Below are positions 10,528 to 20,206 of a stretch of DNA of 45,774 bases, one piece after another; positions within the stretch are counted from its first letter, which is position 1; the number at the start of each line of letters is the position of its first letter. The translations under genes and the position numbers were made by a program. The stretch comes from Fibrobacteria bacterium. Its GTDB lineage: Bacteria > Fibrobacterota > Chitinivibrionia > Chitinivibrionales > FEN-1185. The notes beneath the pieces are model-generated. The model ran no database searches. It was not told the origin of the DNA and saw only the letters and a list, made by a program, of their open reading frames with translations. Location: NCBI GenBank assembly GCA_037447435.1, contig JBBIGR010000042.1:1-45774 (forward strand), given 5' to 3'.

Positions 10528-10920
10528 TTAATAAACTATTTTTAAATTCTTTTTAAATTGACCATATGACAATGATGCGAAATAAATTCCAGAGGCCATT
10601 CTAGTCTGCGTCGCATTTAAAAAGCAATTTCCGGTATTTGAATTTAATTCAAGAGTTCGAACCAATTTTCCTGCCACGGTATATAATGACAAGCTTCCTT
10701 TATTTGCCTTTATTTGAGGAAGAGACCAGGAAAACTGCATCCCTTGCTTGCCGACCACAATTCTTTTATACGAAAACTTCATACCATTGACCGAGTACGA
10801 AACTTGCTGCAAGACTCCCGTCTGAACAAAACTAAAAGGTACACTTGACTTTGAAATTGGGGCCTCAGCAAAAACCCCGAGTGCCAAAAGTAGCACAAGT
10901 AACTTACATTTTGAAAACAT
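10528..10920 (-). CDS. Small secreted protein made almost wholly of a T9SS/Por-type C-terminal sorting domain
   Basis: Signal peptide then LSLYTVAGKLV..ASGIYFASL..KKNLKIVY, the typical CTD pattern; RBS AAGGGG. Confidence 0.7.
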   Translation of the reverse strand: MFSKCKLLVLLLALGVFAEAPISKSSVPFSFVQTGVLQQVSYSVNGMKFSYKRIVVGKQGMQFSWSLPQIKANKGSLSLYTVAGKLVRTLELNSNTGNCFLNATQTRMASGIYFASLSYGQFKKNLKIVY

Positions 10921-11127
10921 ATCATTACCCCTTTGCAGGAAATATTGTGGTTAATAAAAGCTGGTACAATCGAATTTAGAAAATCCAAGGAATGGTTTGA
11001 TTAATTTAATACAATAATAATAAAAGATAATACCTTTTTGTTCCTTAATTAGAAAAAAACGTATCCCAAAAGAATACGATCGTAAATAAAATAATTCATT
11101 GTTATTACCGCACCAACCACATCATAG

Positions 11128-11152
11128 TATCAACTTATTAATCAATGACTTA
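11128..11152. promoter_or_regulatory. Two tandem IHF-consensus sites in the AT-rich region upstream of the GH3 operon
   Basis: TATCAACTTATTA (11128-11140) and AATCAATGACTTA (11140-11152) both match WATCAANNNNTTR. Confidence 0.4.
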
Positions 11153-11195
11153 CAAATAATGAATTATTTATTTGTTTAATAGCATATCTTTGAAA

Positions 11196-13607
11196 TTATT
11201 GTTTTTTTTGACTCTTTCGCACAAAACCGACTATTCCAAAGAATAGAGTGATAATAATCGAAACCATTGAAATTATCATCCCTTTGTTGAACACGTCCGT
11301 TGAATAATAGCATAAAACCGAATGCTGTCCTTTTTCAACGGGTATCGCACGCAGCGCATAATCGGCTCGATAAACCGGCACCGGCTTGTTGTCGACGAGA
11401 GCTTTCCACGCGGGGAAATGTATTTCGCTTAAAACGAGCAAACCGTTTTTAGGAGTGGTAACATTCATCTGTATCGAATTCAACGAATAGTTGGATATCG
11501 AGCAATTCCATCCCGAATCCATTTTTGCGGTATCGGGTTTAAAACCAGGGGCTTCTTCCAAAATTACTTTCCTTTTATAGTCGAAAGACGAATCATACAA
11601 TAGCGGCAATATATTCTTCTCTTCCCGGACGACCGAATAGTCAAAAACCATGCGACATCGCGGAAAATACGTATCCCGGAGTGCAAGCCCCATGGTGCCC
11701 CGTTTCTGATCGGTTTCTATGGCATATTTCACATTAAGGATATCAAGCGTCCTTGGATTCCTATTGACAAGTTGCCGTTTGAGCCGAAGCGGGTTATATC
11801 CTTCCATAAGAAACAAACGATGAACGCTTCCTTGGTTTTTGCGAAACACCATATTGGGACCGCCCAGATCCTCGGTTCCCGGGTTCGAGTCTCTGGCATT
11901 TATCCTGAAATATTCGCCCATTCCTAATTGTTGCAATTGCGACACGATTGAGGTTTTTTCGTACATGACGCTGGGGTCGATTTTTCCTGCGGAAAAACCG
12001 TAGGCGAAAAGCAAAAAATCTCCGTAGGTGATAATCGTAAGAAGTAAAACCGTGTTTCTCCCCGACAATTTGCCCTGCAACCGGAAAAACAATATCGTAA
12101 CGCACATTGCCAATAAGATACAGAAAATCCACACGCCTGCGAGTATCGAAGGATAAATATTTTTATCGACATATGCCGACAAGTCGGGACCGCCCGATCC
12201 GAAGCGACCGGACGATATCATGAAATCAATGATGCCGTTTTTAAAGAAGCCGGCTAAATATAAAAAGCCAATGACGAGGAAGAAACCGGCAATTGCCAAA
12301 AGAAATTTTATAAGCACCGTCCTTGATTTGGCATTTTCTTGCAAAGCGTCGCGTTGCAACCATGTTATAAAAAACCCCGACAATAACGCAATTGAAATTG
12401 AAAACATATACGCGAACCGGCCCGGTATTCGGAATGCATTCATGGCCGGCATAAAATTATAGGCAACGCCGTACAGGAAAAAAGAATTTCCCATTGCCAA
12501 TAACAATGAAATTATTCCCATCCCGGATAGGAAAAAAACAAACGGCGTGCGGATGAAAAAGGGAGCTATGACCGCACATACCAGCGGTATTACTCCTGTG
12601 TAAATTGCGGTTTCCCAATAATTATGCATGCCCGGGTTTTCATCGTTTTGCGACATCCCCCAATAGGCATTTTTTTGCGGTTGACCAAAATAATTCGGCA
12701 CAATCATAGTGATAAACCGATAGGGCCGAAACGAACCTTCACAGGATTGAGCGAATTCCAGTTTAGGGCGCACCGAATTTTGAGCCAGTTCCTGCGTTGT
12801 ACGCATTTGTACCGAAGAAATCCCGATGCTCAGCGCAACGCAAATTCCAAAAAGTAAACCGCGCCTCAGCTCCAATGCAATTTTTACTTTCTGCCGCAAC
12901 CGCAGTATCAGACCAAAACAATAAAACGCCGCAAGCCAATAATACATATGCACCAACAGCTGCGGGTATCCGCAGTAAAAAACGATGCTGAGGCAAAGCG
13001 ATGTGAGTGCCATGTACAGTAAACTTATTCGCTCGATGCTTCGTTTGAACAGGAAAATGATAAGCGGGAACCATGCTGCCGCGTGAATCAGATTCATGTG
13101 GAATATATGAGTCGAAAAAAAGCCGCAAAACATGAAGGTCAAGCCCGACACGATTGCTCCGCGTTTGCTTATACCCAAATCGCGCGCTAACAGATACATG
13201 AAACATCCGGCCAAAAACACATGGAAAATGACCTGGTATTCGACTAGAACCGGGCTGAGCCACTCACGCGAGGCAAACAAGGTAAGAACGAGATTCAACG
13301 GATAAAATACAGCAGCCTGGACATCCGCAAAAAACGGCATGCCTGAAAAAACATAGGGATTCCAAAAGGGGATAATGCCGAGTTTCAAGGAAACTGCGGC
13401 AAAGAGGCGGTATACGTAATTTTGTTCTAAGAAATCATTCCACAGGAAACCTTGACACGAGAGGATAGGCCAATAGAACACAACGGTAGCCAGAAAAAAA
13501 ACGGACAACGGGACCAAAGATATCCAAAACCGGCTCTGTTTTATTTTTTTTTCGGGTAATGGAACCTGTTTGGGATTAACAACGACATTTTGTTTTTTTT
13601 GTTTCAT
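11196..13607 (-). CDS. YfhO-family membrane protein (GT-C-type glycosyltransferase)
   Basis: PFWNPYVFSGMPFFA..FYP, many TM helices, FRIPGRF, LDILNVKY, C-terminal LVLSEIHFPAWKALVD..RAIPV..G.H. Confidence 0.88.
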   Translation of the reverse strand: MKQKKQNVVVNPKQVPLPEKKIKQSRFWISLVPLSVFFLATVVFYWPILSCQGFLWNDFLEQNYVYRLFAAVSLKLGIIPFWNPYVFSGMPFFADVQAAVFYPLNLVLTLFASREWLSPVLVEYQVIFHVFLAGCFMYLLARDLGISKRGAIVSGLTFMFCGFFSTHIFHMNLIHAAAWFPLIIFLFKRSIERISLLYMALTSLCLSIVFYCGYPQLLVHMYYWLAAFYCFGLILRLRQKVKIALELRRGLLFGICVALSIGISSVQMRTTQELAQNSVRPKLEFAQSCEGSFRPYRFITMIVPNYFGQPQKNAYWGMSQNDENPGMHNYWETAIYTGVIPLVCAVIAPFFIRTPFVFFLSGMGIISLLLAMGNSFFLYGVAYNFMPAMNAFRIPGRFAYMFSISIALLSGFFITWLQRDALQENAKSRTVLIKFLLAIAGFFLVIGFLYLAGFFKNGIIDFMISSGRFGSGGPDLSAYVDKNIYPSILAGVWIFCILLAMCVTILFFRLQGKLSGRNTVLLLTIITYGDFLLFAYGFSAGKIDPSVMYEKTSIVSQLQQLGMGEYFRINARDSNPGTEDLGGPNMVFRKNQGSVHRLFLMEGYNPLRLKRQLVNRNPRTLDILNVKYAIETDQKRGTMGLALRDTYFPRCRMVFDYSVVREEKNILPLLYDSSFDYKRKVILEEAPGFKPDTAKMDSGWNCSISNYSLNSIQMNVTTPKNGLLVLSEIHFPAWKALVDNKPVPVYRADYALRAIPVEKGQHSVLCYYSTDVFNKGMIISMVSIIITLFFGIVGFVRKSQKKQ

Positions 13608-13620
13608 TGTGAGCTTTTGC

Positions 13621-14082
13621 CTATACGGTAGCCGATGCGCGTTTGGAAAACACCCAGAAATGCCCGATGAAAAAATTAACGACCGCGCCCAGCCCGATGC
13701 CGATCAGATTTGATATATGATAATTCGGGACATTGGCAACATGATAATTGACATGCAATATCTCGGTCAGCAAAACAAGCAATCCCCAGTTTACCGCAAA
13801 CGCGGTGAATCCCGACGACAGGTGAAATTTAAGCAACATGTAGGCAAACGAACGTTTGCTTTCGGCCTGGCGATCTTTCCACGTCCAAAAATAATTCCAT
13901 AAAAAATTATTCAACACCGCACATTCGATGGCGAAAATACTGGCTAATCGATAATCGAGTTTTGCCGATGCGGTAAACACGTGAAGCAGGCCTACATTTA
14001 CGGCGACGCCGCTGCCGCCCACTATGCCGAATTTGACAAAGCGAATAAAGGACTGAACTTTGGACGAGAATTGGTCTTTCAA
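13621..14082 (-). CDS. GtrA-family flippase
   Basis: RFVKFGIVGGSGVAVN, NNFLWNYFWTW, NFFIGHFWVF; four TM helices; TTG start. Confidence 0.88.
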   Translation of the reverse strand: MKDQFSSKVQSFIRFVKFGIVGGSGVAVNVGLLHVFTASAKLDYRLASIFAIECAVLNNFLWNYFWTWKDRQAESKRSFAYMLLKFHLSSGFTAFAVNWGLLVLLTEILHVNYHVANVPNYHISNLIGIGLGAVVNFFIGHFWVFSKRASATV

Positions 14083-14098
14083 TTAATCGGACCTTTTA

Positions 14099-14863
14099 CT
14101 ATTGACATGTTTGGGTTGTCTTCCAAGGAATATTGTCGTAGAGCGTCGAAATCCAGTCCGAAACGGCTTGCGGAAGCGTCGCCGGACACAGCTTGTTGTT
14201 TTCGACCGTGATACCGTTTGATAACACCAGACCGGTGATCGAAGCAGGCAATTTTGTCAATTGATTGTCAGCCAAGGTCAAACGGTTCAATTTCGTAAGT
14301 TTTGAAACGCCCGACGACAAACTGTCGAGGGAATTGGAATTCAAAAATAACGATTGAAGATTTACACAATTATAAAGACCTTCCGGCAACGCGGTCAAAC
14401 TGTTATGGCTAAGATCGCAGGACGCCAGCGCAACGCAATTGCCTATTTCCGACGGTACCGTCGCTATTTTATTATTCGACAAGGAAAGATTCTGCAATTT
14501 GGTGCAACTGCCTATCTGGGCGGGAACCGATGTAATCGCATTGCTGTCTAAAAACAGGTATTCCAATGCGGTCAATTGCCCGATTTGCGAAGGCAACGTC
14601 GTAAGGCCTTTGTTTTTGAACCTGATTTCCGTGACCCTGTATGTACCATTGACATTAGTTTTGACAAAGTACGTCAAATCGCTTGCCGAAACGGTCGTAA
14701 TCCCGTTTGCCGTGAGAATCGCCTGAATTGCCGCAACATCGGAATCATAATTCACCGTCGTGTTTGTGGCAGCAGGATTTGACGCGTCGCTGCTTTTTCC
14801 ACACGAGCTTAAAAAAACCGTGATTGCACAAGCGAAAAGGCCAAGCAATTTAACCGTTTTCAT
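14099..14863 (-). CDS. Leucine-rich-repeat lipoprotein
   Basis: Lipobox LSSC; about six 23-aa LxxLxLxxNxL/IxxL/VPxxI repeats. Confidence 0.9.
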   Translation of the reverse strand: MKTVKLLGLFACAITVFLSSCGKSSDASNPAATNTTVNYDSDVAAIQAILTANGITTVSASDLTYFVKTNVNGTYRVTEIRFKNKGLTTLPSQIGQLTALEYLFLDSNAITSVPAQIGSCTKLQNLSLSNNKIATVPSEIGNCVALASCDLSHNSLTALPEGLYNCVNLQSLFLNSNSLDSLSSGVSKLTKLNRLTLADNQLTKLPASITGLVLSNGITVENNKLCPATLPQAVSDWISTLYDNIPWKTTQTCQ

Positions 14864-15018
14864 AGAAACACCTTTCGGTAATAAAATAGACCTGTTTATT
14901 TATAGCGATAAAGATACTATTTGCCGATTCCAAGACAAAACGCCATTGCACATTGAAAACAGGCAACCATTATTTTTTACGTGTCCGCTTTTTTTACTTC
15001 TGAAGGGTATTGGGTTGT

Positions 15019-15906
15019 ATGCGGCTTTTTCTTTTCCTGTATGCCATTCTGCTTCCGCTCCTTTGTTTCGGCTCCGATTCTATTCAAGCAAAGGCATCTC
15101 CATGCGAAATAGATGAAGAATGGTGTAAACTTGAAAAGCAACTCGATTTTCCGGACAAATTTTCCAAAACTTTTATAGATTCGCTTCAAGCAGTTAAAAA
15201 GGTTTCGGACGCCAGGGCATTACGGCGACTTCCGATGCAGCAATTTTGTTTTGGGGAAAAACTCGTTTTTGCCGTGAACTGGGGCCCTATAAATGCAGGG
15301 TATACGATTATCGAGGCTAAACCGGATTCAACCGGTTCTACGATGGAAATTAGCGGAAAGGGCATGACAAACGGCTTTTTCAGTTCATTTTACAAAGTTC
15401 GCGATTTAATCAGCGCGACAATCGACATGCAGGGTATTTACCCGTTCTTTTTCGAACAACATATTCGTGAAGGTAAATATAAGGCCGAACGCTGGGAAAT
15501 GTTCGATCAACAAAACAACCTTACATATTCTCATAGAAAAGAAGCGGATTCCATTCCGTGCCCGGCATTCGTACAAAATTATTTTTCAATGATTTATTAC
15601 CTCAGAACATTGACGTTTGCCCCCGGCGACTCGTTTTTTTTCGATTGTTTCGTTGATAAAAAACCCTATCGAATCGTTATGCAATGCCCCAAACGTGAAA
15701 CTATCAAGGTCGGGGCCGGCACGTTTCAATGCCTTATTGTCAAACCCTTGTTGGTAGGCGAAGGTCGGGTTTTCACAAAAAAGGACGAAATACTTATTTG
15801 GTTTACCGACGATAAATACAAAATGCCCGTCATGGCAAAGGCAAAAATCAAATTCGGTTCCATAACGGGCAGTTTGCTTTGGTATAACAGAAAAAATCAG
15901 CAATAG
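15019..15906 (+). CDS. DUF3108-like exported protein
   Basis: Signal peptide; GEKLVFAVNWG, FYKVRD, ETIKVGAGTFQC, IWFTDD..PV pattern. Confidence 0.72.
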   Translation: MRLFLFLYAILLPLLCFGSDSIQAKASPCEIDEEWCKLEKQLDFPDKFSKTFIDSLQAVKKVSDARALRRLPMQQFCFGEKLVFAVNWGPINAGYTIIEAKPDSTGSTMEISGKGMTNGFFSSFYKVRDLISATIDMQGIYPFFFEQHIREGKYKAERWEMFDQQNNLTYSHRKEADSIPCPAFVQNYFSMIYYLRTLTFAPGDSFFFDCFVDKKPYRIVMQCPKRETIKVGAGTFQCLIVKPLLVGEGRVFTKKDEILIWFTDDKYKMPVMAKAKIKFGSITGSLLWYNRKNQQ

Positions 15907-15907
15907 C

Positions 15908-15939
15908 TGTATGGGATGCGGACTTCGCCACCCCATACA
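15908..15939. terminator. Stem-loop between convergent genes
   Basis: TGTATGGG...CCCATACA inverted repeat between stops at 15906 and 15963. Confidence 0.6.
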
Positions 15940-15962
15940 ATTATTGACAAGCAGTCTACAAA

Positions 15963-17417
15963 TCAGCGGGTCATCGTTACGGCGGCATTCAAAAGCCCGT
16001 TTCCATCCTGTAAAACCGCGCGGTACACGCCTGCAGCGAGAGAAAGCTCCCGTAAAGAAACAACTGTTTTTCCTGAAGATGACATATGTAATCTCTGTGA
16101 TATATCGGCGACCATTTTACCCTGCATTGTGTATAATTTGCATGATACGTTTTGCGATGAAATAAGGGATATATAAAGTTCCCCCCCACAACACTTTATC
16201 GATGAAATTTTTGGATCGATCGTTTTTAAGGCTATTGCAGATGTAGTTGGTGTTGCCCGCAAATACATTTCAGACCCTGCGAGCATAAAGGCACCTTCAC
16301 CTTCCGGAGCCGAATTATTATCGTCGCCGTTGGTTGTCATGTTTGTCGGGCCCCAATCAACATGTTGGCATTTAAACAGTCTTCCATCCGTAGGACTAAC
16401 ATTTTTAACAAGATCTCTCCAGGCTTTATTAATTGAAGGCACAAAGGTGGCGGAATCGAGTAAGCCGTTTCGAACGCCCCATGCAAAGGCATAACAGAAA
16501 AAGGCTGTCCCTATAGATTCAGGTCCTGGAAATCCAGTATGATCAAGCATACTTGTTGTCCACATGCCATCATAAGGCGTTGAAAATCCTTGTTGTTTTC
16601 GAATTGCATCGCACATTTCTTTATATTGCGACTCAAATTTACTGCGATTGGCATAGGTTTTCGGCATTGCGTCGAGAACCCGTACCAAACCACCTACTGC
16701 CCAGGCATTTCCACCGGACCAAAATGTATTTGAACCTCTTGTTCCATTGTCTCGATACCAGAATTTCTGGGTCGTATTATACAAATAGCCGCTTACACTC
16801 CACCAATATCTGTTTAAAGAATCCAAAAAACGGTTTTCGCCGGAAGCTTTGCAATATAACGCAATTGCCGGAGGCGCCATATACAAAGCGTCGCACCACC
16901 ACCAGCCGCCCGGGTTTACATAGGGAGGATTCGGTTTCACATTGTCAAAATAGTTTGTCAAGCACTGTTTGGTGTACGTTATCATGTTGTTGTTTGCGGA
17001 CGTCGGATTAAGCATATAAATTTCGGAATACGTTTGCGTGCAACACCAGTTATCGGCAACTGTTGCATTCACATTATTATAGCAAGGCTTCCAATTAAAG
17101 GTTGTTGCCCACCGTTTCGCAAAGTTCAAATATGTAGTGTCTTGGGTGGTTTTATATAAGGCCATAAGTCCGGTAAAAAACGATCCTACATCCCAATCTG
17201 CACCCTGATTTGTCGCTGCCCACTGATTGGGCTTATCGCCTTTATTTGCCGAAGTATGATTGAAAAGATTGGCAATGTCCGCATAGGTCATGCGGTATTT
17301 TGCAACCCGTTTCATAATATTGACTATACTGTCTTGATCAAACTCTGTTTTTGCGGACCCAATGCGGAAAAAGAGACATAGAAATACAAGACCCCAAATA
17401 AAAAAACGACCCTTCAT
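15963..17417 (-). CDS. Secreted GH105/GH88-like (alpha/alpha)6 hydrolase with T9SS-type CTD
   Basis: Signal peptide; WWWCDALYMAPP, FWYRD, GTAFFCYAFAWGV, GAFMLAGSE; C-terminal LYTMQGKMV..AAGVY. Confidence 0.82.
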   Translation of the reverse strand: MKGRFFIWGLVFLCLFFRIGSAKTEFDQDSIVNIMKRVAKYRMTYADIANLFNHTSANKGDKPNQWAATNQGADWDVGSFFTGLMALYKTTQDTTYLNFAKRWATTFNWKPCYNNVNATVADNWCCTQTYSEIYMLNPTSANNNMITYTKQCLTNYFDNVKPNPPYVNPGGWWWCDALYMAPPAIALYCKASGENRFLDSLNRYWWSVSGYLYNTTQKFWYRDNGTRGSNTFWSGGNAWAVGGLVRVLDAMPKTYANRSKFESQYKEMCDAIRKQQGFSTPYDGMWTTSMLDHTGFPGPESIGTAFFCYAFAWGVRNGLLDSATFVPSINKAWRDLVKNVSPTDGRLFKCQHVDWGPTNMTTNGDDNNSAPEGEGAFMLAGSEMYLRATPTTSAIALKTIDPKISSIKCCGGELYISLISSQNVSCKLYTMQGKMVADISQRLHMSSSGKTVVSLRELSLAAGVYRAVLQDGNGLLNAAVTMTR

Positions 17418-17667
17418 ACCTTACCCCCCTGCAAGTGAAGAAAAAACAATACGTGTACGCGGAATTATCAGTATATAAAATAAGGAAAAAATGAAAGAAA
17501 CGAATAAGGAAACATTTTTTTCTTTTATTTTTTCAATTTTTTCCCCTTCCATGACTACTATTTAGGCTTCCACGAGCACGTTTTAGCCTTCCATGCAGCA
17601 TTTTAAAGCTTCCATACCGGGGTTTTTCGATTTCCCCTGCAGAAATTCAATGTATTTTACTGAACTT

Positions 17668-18288
17668 ATGCTGCAACAATTATTACATCTCGACACGGTA
17701 TTGTTTCTATTTATCAATCACACCCTGGCAAATCCGGTTTTCGACGCAATATTCGTCACAATCACCAATGGCAGGTTCTGGATTATTCCCGGAATACTTG
17801 CCGCAGGCTTTTTTATTTATCTCAAGAAAAAGCAGGCGATTATTGTGATCGCATTGTCCCTTCTTACCGTATCCGTTTCCGACCCGGTATGCAATCGAAT
17901 CATTAAACCGTGTTTTCATAGATTGCGGCCATGCGATGATCGTGTCCACATCGATAATGCGCGATTTTTGCTCGGCAGAAAATCCTCGGCATCGTTTCCT
18001 TCATCGCATGCAATGAATATGTTTGCTCAGGCTATGCTGTTTTCACTGCTTTACAGAAAAAAACGCGTTATTGGTACGGCTTTTGTTTTTGCGACTCTTA
18101 TCGGGATTTCAAGGATTTATACCGGCGTGCATTATCCGTTTGATGTTTTTGCAGGGGCTTGCTTTGGATTAATCGTGGGATTATTTGTCTATGGAGTGTA
18201 TGTTTTTACCCGGAAGCGATTTCCCGGAATTACGTTACAAGCCTCAAAAGCCCGGTCGCAAAGCAGTATCGAAAAGATTCCTAAATAA
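17668..18288 (+). CDS. PAP2-family phosphatase (undecaprenyl-PP / lipid phosphatase-like)
   Basis: K-x6-RP, SFPSSH, SRIYTGVHYPFDV motifs; start put at ATG 17668. Confidence 0.88.
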   Translation: MLQQLLHLDTVLFLFINHTLANPVFDAIFVTITNGRFWIIPGILAAGFFIYLKKKQAIIVIALSLLTVSVSDPVCNRIIKPCFHRLRPCDDRVHIDNARFLLGRKSSASFPSSHAMNMFAQAMLFSLLYRKKRVIGTAFVFATLIGISRIYTGVHYPFDVFAGACFGLIVGLFVYGVYVFTRKRFPGITLQASKARSQSSIEKIPK

Positions 18289-20206
18289 CTTCGAGCTCTG
18301 CCTGAGCGTCAACGACGCCTCTGTTGATAAGTTCCAGAGCCTGATGCAGGCGATCACCGATAAACGGATCGGGAATGGCATCGCGTAAGGTTCGTAATAA
18401 TTGGACGGTCATTCGAAGCACCCGTACCAAATCACCTTCAGGCACTCCGAAGGATTCCAATTCCGCAAGCGTACACCCGTTTGCCCAGGCAAAAACAGGC
18501 CCCGCAAGAGAGAAATCGCATTCCCGAATCGGCGCATCGATTTCATGCTTGATTTCTTTTGCCCTCAATTTGTGGATAACCGATTCGGCATGAAAACGCA
18601 TTTTAATGTCCGAAGCAGGCGGCGCGTTTTTCCTCCTGCTTTCTTCGGTAATAAGGCTCGCAATGACAACCGGCAATTGACTGGCGCTGCATTCATCGAA
18701 ACTTCGGGAAAAATACAATTCGGCTGCCTGAATTTCGTAGCCGTTGACCGCTGCCGCAAGTTTGCCCTTTTCGGTGAGCTTTGTGGATTCTAAAAATCCG
18801 GTCGATTGCAAAAAGCGGATTCTATTGACAATTTGCTCCTCTTCGACACGGTAGGAATGCGTGTAAGAAAACTGACCTTTACGGTAATTGCTAAGGCTTT
18901 TCCGGAAAATGTCGAAGGCGGATTCGCCGAATTGGCTATAGAGCGATAGAATGGTCGAATAGGAAGCGAAAAACCTGCTCGAAATGCTTTCATTCTTGCC
19001 AAACCATAAACGCTCCACTTGCCGGGGATCCGTTGCCTCGGGAATGATTTGCGAATACACATAACCGACATCATCCATGCCGCGCCGCCCGGCCCGGCCC
19101 GCCATCTGATTGTAATGTCTTGTCATAAGATAATTAAACTCCACGCCGTCGAATTTTTCGAGTGTGTCGAAAATAACCGTGCTTGCAGGCATATTCACGC
19201 CGAGCGCGAAGGTTTCGGTACAAAACAAAAGTTTGATAAGTCCTGCCGAAAACAAGCGTTCCACGATTTCCTTTGCAGCAGGTAAAATCCCGGCATGATG
19301 GTAGGCAACGCCGCTTTCCCATAACTGCTTCATCGCATTCAGCCTGTCGTATGAAGTAAGGTGATATTGCGCGACCAATTCATCGACCATGATTTTCACC
19401 CGCTCACGATCGTCATTGGAAAGCAAGGTATCGTACGCATGAATATGTGCGTTTCGTTCGCATGAATTCCGGTTAAAACAGAAATACATGATAGGAACGT
19501 GTCCCGTGTCTTGCACAAAATGGACAATATTTCTTGATGACGGTTTTTTCCGGGCAAACGATTTTCTTCGCTGGGGATTTTTGCAATACAATTTAGCAAC
19601 TTGCTTTATTGACATGACCTTGAATTTGGGGCTGTACAGGAAATGTTTCAAAGGCACGGGCCGATGGGTTTCTTCGATGATTTCTATGGAAGATCCGCGA
19701 ACGTTTTCCATCCATCGCGAAAGCTCGACGATATTGGGCACCGTTGCGGACAAGCACATGAACCGGATATGTTTTGGCGCAAGAATGATACTTTCTTCCC
19801 AAACCGTTCCTCGTTCCGGATCGTCAAGATAATGGATTTCGTCGAAAACCACGTAATACACATTCTCCAACCGCGGAGAATTTTCAAGGATAAGGTTGCG
19901 GAAAATTTCGGTGGTCATGATAAGCAATTGGGCCTCCGGGTTCATTGAAACGTCCCCGGTGTGTATGCCGACAATTTGCTCGCCGAACCGTTTTCTGAAA
20001 TCCCGAAACTTTTGATTCGATAATGCCTTTATCGGGGCAGTGTAAATAACGCGCATCCCCTTTTTCATGGACGCTTCAACAGCGTATTCCGCAATGAGGG
20101 TCTTACCGCAACCCGTAGGCGCCGCAACGATGAGGGATTTCCCCTGATCAATGGCCGCGACCGCCTTTTCCTGAAACGGGTCGAGTTTATAACCTAAATA
20201 ATCCAA
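18281..20206 (-). CDS. Ski2-like (HelY-type) DExH RNA helicase with DSHCT C-terminus
   Basis: APTGCGKT, PIKALSNQK, DEIH, SAT, TETFALGVNMPA, QMAGRAGRRG, EGDLVR; TTG start. Confidence 0.92.
   Translation of the reverse strand: MDYLGYKLDPFQEKAVAAIDQGKSLIVAAPTGCGKTLIAEYAVEASMKKGMRVIYTAPIKALSNQKFRDFRKRFGEQIVGIHTGDVSMNPEAQLLIMTTEIFRNLILENSPRLENVYYVVFDEIHYLDDPERGTVWEESIILAPKHIRFMCLSATVPNIVELSRWMENVRGSSIEIIEETHRPVPLKHFLYSPKFKVMSIKQVAKLYCKNPQRRKSFARKKPSSRNIVHFVQDTGHVPIMYFCFNRNSCERNAHIHAYDTLLSNDDRERVKIMVDELVAQYHLTSYDRLNAMKQLWESGVAYHHAGILPAAKEIVERLFSAGLIKLLFCTETFALGVNMPASTVIFDTLEKFDGVEFNYLMTRHYNQMAGRAGRRGMDDVGYVYSQIIPEATDPRQVERLWFGKNESISSRFFASYSTILSLYSQFGESAFDIFRKSLSNYRKGQFSYTHSYRVEEEQIVNRIRFLQSTGFLESTKLTEKGKLAAAVNGYEIQAAELYFSRSFDECSASQLPVVIASLITEESRRKNAPPASDIKMRFHAESVIHKLRAKEIKHEIDAPIRECDFSLAGPVFAWANGCTLAELESFGVPEGDLVRVLRMTVQLLRTLRDAIPDPFIGDRLHQALELINRGVVDAQAELEVI

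Noticed and set aside
15897..15965. TGA of the GH105 gene followed by a hairpin (SECIS-like)
   Set aside because: The hairpin starts 23 nt downstream between convergent genes; read-through adds only about 22 unremarkable residues and would mask the CTD
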